Positions 27,068 through 39,200 of a DNA stretch of 64,000 nt are shown here, in pieces. Position 1 is the first letter of the stretch. Every line of letters begins with the position of its first letter. The stretch lies in assembly GCA_051294905.1 (NCBI GenBank), contig CM119372.1, positions 19,718,001-19,782,000 on the forward strand, given 5' to 3'. The stretch is from Botryllus schlosseri. Its lineage: Eukaryota. The notes below the pieces were generated by a model. It was given only the letters and a program-made list of their open reading frames with translations, had not been told where the DNA came from and did not search any database. The position numbers were made by a program, and so were the translations under genes.

Positions 27068-27210
27068 GTAATCATATTTTGGGTTGATTTCCGTTTTCGA
27101 AGACCCGCCGGTCCGCCGACTATTTTTGGAAATTTTACCGGTCCGCGAGGTGAAAAAGGTTGAGAACCACTGGCCTATAGCAATATAGCGTTATGCGCGG
27201 CCTACGATAT

Positions 27211-27224
27211 CTCCATTTTCACAG
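27211..27224 (+). promoter_or_regulatory. Candidate 3' splice acceptor (cis or trans) for the native first coding exon of copy 2
   Basis: CTCCATTTTCACAG lies 49 nt upstream of GCAATGG (ATG 27274, good Kozak context). Confidence 0.5.
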
Positions 27225-27273
27225 TTCATCCGAATGTAGGCTAAGTTTGCAAATGTCGAACTAATAATCCGCA

Positions 27274-30200
27274 ATGGAATTATCAAAAAAAAGAAGACAG
27301 CTCTGTCTAAAACCGCGTGGACCAAACAACGGATTATCACGCCTGCCAAACTTCAGACCTTCTACCATAGGCGCCGAACGCTAATTCTCCTTAGGCATGC
27401 GAGTTCGATGACGTCACAAAGGAATGACGTCATGATCCGACGGAATTGAAAATTAGGGATAATATTGCATCAATTCATGAGAGTTAAGTGCCTGCATAAA
27501 TGCCGATTATGCAATATCTTCGTGTTAACAAACTTGCGCGTATGATAGGCTTGTCAACGAGTCCGGAAGTGCTGTCAATTAACGAGTTCCTGATCGCTAG
27601 CGAACAATTAAATACGCGGCTTATCAACGCGTATTACGTAACCTCGGCGACGATTTGCGCAAGGCAAAATGTCAGAGTTGTTATGGAATGTGTTCTATAA
27701 TGGCACCGATTTCAGGTTGTTCAAACCTTTCCCGTCTTTTACAACTCAAGCCTTGACAGTTGACACACATCTTCTGATGGTTATGTTTAGGTATTAGCGG
27801 AATTCACTTACGCATGCACGGCGCACTCACAATCGCACCTGTCTGCGGACATTCGATGTTATTCAGGTCAGCGATGTCGCTCTTTAATTACAATCGCTAA
27901 CCAATAAACACCTAACGGCATTGTCACCAAGCCATCGAGAGATTGGAACTAACGCATGGTAGGCTCGAGAGATGGGAGCCAACGCATTCTCGGCTCTAGA
28001 CGTGATAGTTGGCCAGCGATGATATCTTTTGTACCAGGCCTGTTGCAGATGCGATTGTGTAGGCAAGCGATAATATCGTGCGCGCCAATGCAGATGCGAT
28101 AGTGCAGGCAGCGATGGCACCGGACCTACTGCTGATGTGATTTCATGCTCTAGGCTTGTCGGAGACGCGATAAAGCAGGCTGAAAACGCTGATTGCCAAT
28201 CCAAAACGCTGATTGCCGAGCGCACGGCAATCAATGACACAATTTCGCGATCATCTCAGCGGGAGATCACGTGATTCACGTCGCGTTACATTGTGCACAG
28301 ACAAATCTCGTTAATTGGCAACGCGCTTTTAGCTAATTGGCCGCGCGCAACGGGTTACCTCACTCACATGAGCGGTAGCAGGTAATGTCGTAAACGGAAA
28401 TACATTACGATTCGTTCTAAATAACACAATCGGGGTTTATGCCGATTCATGCCAAACCGAATTCTAGGCATGCCGCATGCCTAAAAAAATGTCTAGGCAT
28501 GCCTGGCATGCCTTGCATGCCCAGGTTCGGCGCCTATGCCTTCTACCGAGAATTGTCTGTCAGTGTCGACCTATTTACGATTGAAATGTACCAGGCTGAA
28601 CTATGGCTTCATTATGGTGTTGGCAACATGCTGTGTTTCTATGGCGGTCGGTGTTCACGTAACTGAACTCCAAAGAGTAAACGACGCATCAAGACATTTA
28701 GTTCAACACGTGTATCAAAGTTACAAGAAACCAGTGACGTATCTAAATCAGATCGCAGTGAACTTGGATACTAACGACCACCAACTTGCCGCAGCGCTTG
28801 CATCAAAATACGGATTTATCTTCAAGGGCCAAGTGAGTATTTCACTACGTCAAGAACTTCGTAAATAATGAAAGGAAGGATTACGACCGGATATTGGAAA
28901 GTCAATGCCATCCAATACATTATGACAAAATGTCTCGCTCAAAGCGGCGCTTTGAAGATTCATTTCGTAATTATGATGCGCGACGCTATAATACCACATC
29001 TTCAAATTAAGCGGCTTTACATCTTTCGAGGCGCGACCGTCATTTAATAGCAATATTATATCCGAATAGATCAAACCCTTGAACGGGTGGTATCTGTTTG
29101 AGGACAAGCGGATAACCAAACGCTCGATCAGTGCGGCTCATCTACCCCTTTCAATGACCAGACTCGAAAAAGACCGACATGTAAGGGCGTAAGAATGGAA
29201 ATTACCCAGTGCTAAAAACATTGATACTATTTTAATTCAGGTTATGGTGGCAGAAAGGTTAAAGACGTTGAAACGAGTTCGTAGAAATCGCCGCCCTACT
29301 CTGTCGCGAGACCTCACTGGGCCATTAGGAAATCCGAACGACCCCGCTTGGAGATGGATGTGGTACATGGTTTGTTGCGTGATAATTCTTATAATGCCTA
29401 CGCTTTCGAAAAATAAGGACGTTGTAACATTCAGATTCTGCGTAGATTTGCGCGATCAACTATGTATGATTTTTGTATTGAAGACTATGTATGTTCGCGA
29501 TGACTGTGGTAGCGCTTGGATAAATGCATCATTACTAGGGCCATTTAAAGTCATTAAAGTCATATTTTTTTCTATGCATCAGTAAGTCGTGAAATCAATT
29601 TTAACGCGAAAACCACGCCCCTATGGGGTATATTAAGAAAGTTATTAAGTCATATAAAGTCATCTTTTCCTGGTTAGGTCATATTTGAGTTACAAAGTCA
29701 TATTGTTATATACTTTAAATAAAAAGTGGTGAATAGAAAGCGGTGAAACAATTAAGCACTAAGAAAGTGAGGCAATTTCTCATTGAACGAAGGCAAGCTG
29801 TAAGGTTAGCCTACATAACACTACAGTCACAGACCTATGAGGTCACACATTGCATTATGAGGTCACACGTTGCATTGTGTTGCTACACAATCTGTTTTAC
29901 TTCTGTGCACTGAAGTAGGACGTCATTTGAAGTTCAGTCAGTGGGTAAGCAGGCTAAAAAACTCTACCTTGGTCTAGTTATATACAAATGCATTTGGATT
30001 TGAATAAAATAGTATTTATGGTGGGCACCACTATAATAAATAATTGAAGAATTGATCACAGAAATATGCCTCCACTACAACAATATTTCAAACTTGATAC
30101 GGAAAATGGACCATCAGAGAGGCTAATGCTGATCTAAATCCCTTGATTTCAGAAAAGATCCGCTTGAGCTCAAAAATTACATTAAGAAACGATGTGAAAC

Positions 30201-33200
30201 AAATTATGGAGCTACAAAGGCAAGACATTTCACCAGCGCTGAATGCAAAACTGCAGAAGTGTCAGCCCACATCAGCGTCTGTGGAGCGCTCATTTTCCTT
30301 ACTAAAGTCATTTTTACGTCCAAATTGTCACTTTAAAGACTTCAATATTCCATACTACATGAAACTGTACTACAACAGTGGTTTAAAATAAAAATGGATG
30401 CGTATTACTGTTATGTTGTGTATGTTTTACTCGTCAGTTCCATGAGTGACGTTGGTTACATGTAAAAATGCACTATTTTCACATAAAGTCCTATAAAGTC
30501 ATAATTTCCATAAAATAAAGTCATATAATTGATTTTTTACTGTCATATAAAAATGGCCCTAATCATTACTAATGAATCATTCCAAAATATGATTTTGAGT
30601 GTTTAAATTCCGTGAACTGCCACTTGGTAATATTAATTCCTATACGCTTCCTAGAAATATGAACGTTCTAAACTTTAAAATTCTGCGTAAATTTGACCGA
30701 ATCACTATGCGTGATTTTATGTGTATTTAGGGCTGTGCAGTGTGCAGTGTGCATGTTCCGTCTTCACGGATAACATAAGCTCTCGGGTAACACGAGAGCA
30801 ATACGCTCATCAGCGTTGAACTATGCGCGGTTTCATGGCCATATATTAAAATTCTAAATACATTTCGCGCGATCAACTACGCATGATTTTATGTGTATGT
30901 ATGTTCGCGACAGCTCTGATAGTAATTGGCTAACGACATCATCACTAATTAATTGATATAAAATGCTATTTCGAGTGCAGGGAGATCGCGGTTTTGATTT
31001 CCGAGGTCTCCACATTTTACGACTTATTTTCAGAGCGCAGCACAACTGAACGATCATTGAATATACACTATAGCAATACCCTACTCAACTCAAGAGGACG
31101 CACTGTCGTCCGGAGTCCCAACACAATCAGTGTATACGGCCTTCAGCTTTGAGGATTTCCTGTGGTGATCTTCATCTATTCGAACAGCACTGCGGGGGAG
31201 TGAACGACAGCGAATGCCCTACCAGCATGAAAATATCCGACGCTTGGCGGGTGGGATATTCCGGCAAGGGTGTCGTAGTCACTATTCTAGACGATGGGAT
31301 CGAGAAGAGCCATCCCGACTTGCAACATAATTTCGTGAGAATAGGACCGGCGACACTACCTCGCCGCTTCCATCGACGAATGGCTTTTTTCACCGTTTCC
31401 AGGATCCTCGCGCATCCCGTGACATCAACGGCGACGACGATGACCCGACTCCGCGATACGACATCTCCAATGAGAACAATCACGGCACGAGATGTGCCGG
31501 CGTGGTTGCTGCCGTGTCTGGAAATAACATCTGCAGTGTTGGGACTGCTTACGAGGCAAAGATAGGCGGTAAATACTCTTGTTCTTTCACGGTACATTTG
31601 TTGGCGACAGACACTTTAAGTAACCAAACTCTAATCAGGCATTCGCATGCTTGATGGTGAAGTCACCGATGCCGTCGAAGCCACCTCACTGGGTTATCAC
31701 CGTGAATACATCGATGTATATAGCGCATCTTGGGGGCCGGAGGATGACGGAAAAACCGTTGAAGGTCATTAGTCTGAATCAACTGAGATTTCCACGATTT
31801 ACCGTCGTCGGTTACTGACACAGGCCCAGGGGAGCTTGCCAAAGCAGCCTTCGAAGAAGGGGCAAGACTAGGGCGTGGCGGTAAAGGATCAATATTTGTA
31901 TGGGCCTCCGGTAATGGTGGTCTTCACAACGACTCGTGTGCATGCGATGGCTATATCAACAGTATATATACAATCGCAATCAGCAGGTAAATATTTCGTT
32001 GGGGGCGACCCTTAAATTACATTCTTTTATCACGATATGTCAGCGTTCCATTAAGACCGGTATCTTTGAAGATAGCAAACATATTTTCCGTCACGTCTTG
32101 CACGTTAGTTTTCATCCGGTAGTCATTCATACGCCACGAGTTCCATTTAAACTAAAGCGCGATTTTCGCCGACATCAGTAATATTGCAATCGAAGATCAA
32201 ATTTGTCACATTCAAGCAGCTGTAAGTGACATACCTATAATAATTTCAACCAGTCTCGTTTTCGACACATTGAACTAACTGGTCAGAAGTAGGGGGCTCG
32301 GCAAAACGAGTACCTGAGTTAAAATTGGTCACCACTTTGAGTCGACTCCAGAATTACCCGCTTTTTTGCTATACTTCTGTGGTGTTGACTAAAACAAGTT
32401 CATCGCCCTGAGTCGACTCCGTAATGACCCGCTCGAAAGTTCGCATTACCTATTTCGCGTCATTTATGCCGATTTTCACTTGACTATGCCCATTAGCATA
32501 GCATGACTTTTTATTTAGTCAACACTACAGAAGTACTGAAAAAGGTGGGTTATCCGGGAGTCGAGGCGAAGTGATGACCATTTTCTTTAGTCAACACAAG
32601 ATTTCCAGTAAATATAATTAAAATGGTTGAAACTAGTTCAAAATGTGGGTGGCATGTTCAACGAAAGCCATGCGCAGCAGCATGCTCCTACGCCACTAAC
32701 TGTAAAAGCTGCAAAGGAGGAAGAATTGCCGAAATTGAGGGCATTTAGGCGACATCGGAGGACATTTTAAATTTTCCGAAATGGACAAATCCTCATAAAG
32801 GAGGGCGTATGGTAACATTAAGTTGTAGGCTTCAAATTGAGTCGAGCATTCATATCACTCATTGTGGCGTGGTACGAGTGTGAACGACGTGTAAAGTTCA
32901 AATACGTATGACGCATTAAAGATCATTTGGTAATTTTTTTACTTTACCTATTTCATTGCACTTTGTGATAATGCTGTGGATTAATCATATCTTCAAACAA
33001 ATGAATTTCCACTATTATGCGTAGCATTGTACCGCTTGCTTCGTATGCTATAATACACGATGTTTCCGGATTTCCACGACAGACAAATAGTAGAATTCCC
33101 GAATACTCGAGTCCTCGAGTACTCAAACTCGAATCGGTGTTTCCATAACCTGATAGATTCGATAAATAATTTGACCGGTATAACACAGGCAATGAAGCGC

Positions 33201-36200
33201 ACCTGATTGCGATTCCAAAGGGTGGAATTAGAATCGGCGAATTTCTGTTGCACCAGCGGTCTAAGAAAAATATTCATTACTGCACATTAGGGAGATACCA
33301 TATCACAGTAGGCCGATGCTCGATTTTGCAAATCCAGTCATGATGCATGATGACCTGTTTATGGATAGCATTAACGATAATGCGTGAAAGCAAAGCAGTT
33401 ACTGTTCAAATCAGCTATGTCTATGCCGTACATGGTGATTAGTGATTATGTCGCGTAAATATTTCTTGAATACAAGTGTATTGAATACACCAAATATATT
33501 TCTTGAAAACAAAAATAGCGGAACGTTCGGGCATTCTATCCCGTGCCAACAAGTGAACCAAATATTATCATTTTGGATGTTATTTTTAAACATAGGACGT
33601 TGTGAATAGAAATAACGAGAAAATAATAAAAATATTCTTTGAACAAGGGTCTTGTTTTTGAACATTTCTGTTCTGATGCATTGTCATTCTCAACAAATCC
33701 CTACATACGTCATCGTTGTTTTTCGGAATTCCAGTGCACATCTCGCTAGCTACGATGCTTTCCTTATAGGGACGTCAACGTCATAAGTTCTTGGAAATCA
33801 ACATGCATATATACGGACCCGTGGAAATGTAAAGGGTAAATTATAACACGTGCTCTTGTTTCAAAGTGTTTCCCAGAATGGGCATCGGCCTTGGTATTTG
33901 GAAAGCTGTGCGTCGACCTTAGCAACGACCTACAGCAGTGGCGAAACAAACGAAGGGAAGATTGTAAGTTGTTTTCGTGTACTGCACGACTGGTTATTCG
34001 TGATGATTGAAGGCTTGACAGATTGTTATGGAATCTTAATTGCCGACGTCTGCCTGGGTTTCTCATCTCGCAACGTTATGTGCTTTCAGGAACAAACCTT
34101 TGCGTGACAAATAACATTGCCACACAGTGCTTTCAATATGTCCAATGTCCATTGTAATTACGTCCAGGTAACCACTGATCTCCGCGGGCAATGTACATAT
34201 CAACATACCGGCACTTCCGCGTCAGCACCCATGGCTGCAGGAGTAATAGCGCTGATGCTAGAAGCCAATGAGCATTTGACGTGGCGCGATGTGCAGCATA
34301 TTATCGTGAGAACATCAAATCCAAATGGCCTGCAAGCTGATGACTGGGTCAGCAACGGCGCTGGTTTCAACGTATCTCATGTTTTTGGATTTGGCCTGAT
34401 TGACGCATTGCTGCTAACTCACGTGTCGCGTACCTGGACAACTGTACCGGAACAGACACGGTGCGAAAATCCAATTGATTCCACCAGAAGGTATAGCACC
34501 AGCATACGCTGATACCGCGTGATATTTAACCTTACCTTCGCGTGGGGTACGTTTCTTCACAGAACAATTACAACTAGTTTGGGAGTCGAGTTGAACAGTC
34601 AAGGATGTCATGGAACTGCGAACGAAGTCAACCACTTGGAACATGTCATTCTTAGAATGACATTGCGTCACCTATCGAGGGGTTCACTACGGATATTCCT
34701 GAGGTCTCCACATGGCACAGTTTCGAATATTCTCGAGAGAAGGTGAGCTCGTATAGTGCGTAGATATCAGATGCTGATATGGTGTACTCTATAGCCTGCC
34801 GGGCCATGTATTTTCGAAAGTTGTTTTTCTGTTGTCTCATAAATATGTCATATAGGTTATAAATACGCTATAAATATGCTATAAAAATGTTATAAATATA
34901 TTGCATATGTTTCCTTGTATATGTACTTATTAGAAATCACCAAAAAAATTAAGCACTCCGACTGACGCAAAGAGCAATCGCCTGTATAATGAATAGGGGC
35001 TATTTTTTGACCTAAACGGTAGATTATGCCTAAAAATGAAAATTTGGCCATTTTTGACATTAAAAAAGTTAATTTTGACAAAATGTCGCCGAGTGTCTGT
35101 AAATTTGGCGTTTTGGTGGTTTCTGATTCGCCGTAATATTTTACCATGAACTAGAGTCGGTCGAAGTTATCAGCGTTGCTACTCAAGTAGTACAAGTAAC
35201 GCCTCACATTTCTACTCAGTTACAACTAGAAGTAGTCATTTCTTCATTCGTGAGACGCTCACGATCCCGACTTGGTATTTCTTAATAGGGCCCATCATTT
35301 TCTGCAGTTCGCATTTGGACTGTAGGGCTTAGATTACAGTATTATATCAAAAACGAAAAATCTAAGTCACCCTGAATCGCAAAAAGCGCGAATAAAATTT
35401 TCAAGTCATAAATCTATCGACGATTTGGGAACCAATTCGTTATTTGTAACTGCATATTGACGGTCGCCAACACACGCCGCATAACTGTTGTTTAACGGCT
35501 GCATGCGACCGTACGTCTGCAGATTGGCCACCGCTGGCCTGTGGAAATGATGATGAACAAGGCTGCAACTTGTTTGAAATGCTAAATACTAATCAGGACT
35601 CGAGGTTACCGGACCACCTTCTAGCACAGTGGTGCTCAAACTCGACCCCCTAAGACAGCCTGTCCACGCCCATGCAATGATGTAGCCTACACTGCGCTAT
35701 TTAAAAGCACCTCGCAGAAAGTAACAATTTAATATTTATGAGCTGTCACGATGCATGGTTTCCTCAAAATTCATTGTAGACAGATATCGCAAGCGGAGCA
35801 TATTTCAAGTCCATCCTGTTGTACTCCAAAAGGAGCCAATTAGTCCATTACTCACGTTTAAATGATGGGGGAAACATTTGCATATGATATCACAAAAGGA
35901 ATGTAAGTTACAAGCTACGTACAGCTGATAGGAAAATTGTATGATATTGCACACCCGGCCAATATGTTCTAAAGCAGGGGTGGACAATGATTTTCCTCCG
36001 CGGGCCAAATGAGAAAAATAAATACGTTGGCGGGCCGCGTGAAAATTTTTAGCTATACTCTCCAGCGTATTTTAATTTAATTTCTAAATTACATTCTTAA
36101 TAAATGCTGCTCAGTGAATGTGTTGATATAAGGTAATGAGAAATTGACGGTTAATAAAATAGATACAGCCTACTTGCTGTCATGATTCGAAACAATGTTA

Positions 36201-39200
36201 AACATGATACATTTTAGCTATCTTAAAACCGATATCCACGTTCTTCTATTATGACTCTAAAACAGTGGTTCTCAAACTTTTTTTGGCACGCCTCCCTTTA
36301 TGATCGCGCGCTCTTATCATGATATCACTAAATAATAAAAAGTGCAACCAGAATGCTAGCAATCCCAACGGACAGTTTGATAGCACGGAAGATTATGGCT
36401 GTTGATGAGAGAATTGTGAAATATCTAAAGTCGGACAATACACAAAGCAACAACTATAAGCGGGGGGTATATCGCGCGGAGCATGAAATGTTTTTTAAAT
36501 AAACTTCGGCTTCGAGCCACCTTTCTGATGCTTTCACGTATCCCAGTTTGAGAACCACAGCACTGAAATGTATATGCAATAGTACAAAGCTTTACGTGGC
36601 GAGATAGCGCAGTGGTATAATCCGCGGGTGCAACACCAATGGGTGCGGGTTCGAGTCCGACCGAGGTCGACTTCCGAATTCCGATATCTAAGTGTTGGAG
36701 GTTTACCTAGGCTCCTCCTCTCCACCTCATCCGCGTCAGCGGTGTCTTACAAAAGCCTAGAGGTGGGCCGTGCTATAAGTCGGCAGTTACGGAAAATACA
36801 AAAAGAATATCGGCCTGGTGTAAATGACCATAGTAGTCGAGAAACACCATGAATACCAACAAAACAAAGCTTTATTTTCTTGGTCACTGCCTTCCGAGCA
36901 GTGTACATGTACAGGTACACGTACAGCTGAAATAGCCTTTATGTTGAGCGAAGCTTGCAGTTTTTCTGAACTTCGCCCTCCCTTGACCGAGTGCTTCGTG
37001 TTTTTGTCATTTTCATTAAAATCCTTAAGCTCGGCGACATGCTCGGCAAAAACTGAATGGATGGGTTTATCCCTGATTCCAGAATAACGTATTTAGTATT
37101 CTAAACGTAAACCTTCTTTGAATTTCCGCTTTCGTCTTTCTATTTTGAGCATGCCCGTTAATCCTTTATGGATGATAGATATGATGAGTCATAGTATAAT
37201 CACAAGCACTGATTGACTTGTTTTACGAATTAGGGATTTGGAAATATATCACGTAACAAAACACATACCGTATAATGCGTAATTTGACAGTGGCAACAAG
37301 GAAGGTTTGAACTAAACTATTCGGAAAGAATGATTTCTTGTGGCTTCAATTGCTACTCATACTTTGCCGCACTACCTTTATTTTGAATCTGGATTACGCA
37401 TGTCAGGTACGTAGGCAGCGTAATCCTGGCATATTAATGAACGGGCTTCAAAGTAAACGAATTTCCTGTTCATTTGATACAGCCTATGGTTTTAGTCATT
37501 TTCAAAAAGCAATTTTTATGTTTTGAATTTCAAGCAACCTTTTGCGGGCCGCACAGAATAGCTTCTTGGGCCGCATGTGGCCCGCGGGCCGCACTTTGCC
37601 CATGTCTGTTCTAAAGCATAAACTTGTCTGTTTATTGTGATAGCCTTAACTAGTCATCGGTCCATTTTAATGCGGATCTGGTACACCCCTGAACACCCCA
37701 TCTGAGTGGTACATTTTTTCAAAATTTTGGTACACGACAAGATAGCGTAATGCCGACAAGATAGCGTAATGGTGAAGCGTCCGGCTTCTTGATCGGTAGG
37801 TCGTGGGTTTGATCCCCGGCCGGGTCAGACCAAAGACCTGATTAGTAACACTTGTATCCATGACTTCCCTGCTTGGCGCTCATGCATTACTGGGATAGCA
37901 TGGAGGGGTGGTGCATGACTTAGAAAGCCCTAAAGGCTATATCTGCACTTCCTTGTCCAGCGGCATATGCACATCATGCACTCATGATATGCATATGCAC
38001 AGATCGTGTGTATGTGTATCGTGAGTAGGGCTGGGCACAATGATGCGAGTATTCGAATCTGAATCGAGTATTAATTTTGATGATTCGAGTCGAGTAGTAA
38101 AATACGATTTTTTTGAGTACTGAAATTAAACGCTCCTCGCCTCTGAACGTTAATTCATTAACGAGATTTATAGTATCGATACTAATTTTCACTGTTGAAG
38201 CCTTGAAACCTTGATTGGCCCTACCGTAGCATACGAACATATAGTGCAAAGCTACGAACGTTGCTGGAAATAGCACATTTCCGAAGTCATGATCATCCCA
38301 CAACGTTGTCGCCAAGTGCAATGAAATCGGTATGGTCGAAAAACTACCAAAGTATCTTTAATGTGATCGATACCAGGCATTTTATTATTTGTGGTCGCAT
38401 AAAAGGTACACATTTGAACTTTTACATATTAAATTCTGTCATGACGTCATAATGAGTGATACTCGATGACTCGACTCGACTCGAAGCATATTACGTGATT
38501 CGGAATCGAATCACTCAGATACTCGATTCTGCCCAGCACTAATCATGAGTCGGTGTATATGCCGCAAAAATAAACATCAAGGAAAAAAATAAACTACGTC
38601 CTTTCCTTGCCTAGGCCTAGGGTGCACGATACACCCGGTTGAAGAGCTCTGGTCTACATCACAATTTTTCATCGTGCGATTGATATAAGATCCAATGTCC
38701 ACGCAGTCTTGCTTCAGTTAGGGTATTGCGATACATTGAACTTAACGCCATGGGAACCTAATTGTTTCCTTTGACCGCATATGATTCACAATGAGCAGAC
38801 AATTGAGCCGTCTGCAACGACAGGCCTATGAAGAAGGCTACAAGATGTCAAATGTCAAATGATCAGTTCACCGATAGCGCAAACATCTACGATACAGAGA
38901 AATGCCGGTTTCAAAAAATGTGGACGTTAAAGCAATTTTGACAATTTTTTGACCTAACGATACAATTTTGACAAAATGTTGACTTCTGGTGCAACGTCAA
39001 AAAATTGCCCTATTCCGAATGGATCGGCGTGGCTGTGGACGACTTCTCTATGAAAACAACCGCGTGTGTTACCTTGTTAAATCACACCGGTGAAGTTGCA
39101 ATTAAAGGCTTACTTGTGAGGTAGCCATAGAATTCCGGAGTTGTTCGATTTCAAATTACACTGGTCAACACATATATTTTAAAATCAGGCAAAGTAAGAG

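Larger units (their letters stand above)
23202..27172 (+). mobile_element. Full-length Buster/Charlie-type hAT DNA transposon (decayed)
   Basis: TIRs CAGTGGTTCTCAACC / GGTTGAGAACCACTG, with a perfect 8-bp TSD GCCTATAG (23194-23201, 27173-27180) showing the central TA typical of Buster elements. Encodes transposase fragments. Confidence 0.95.
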
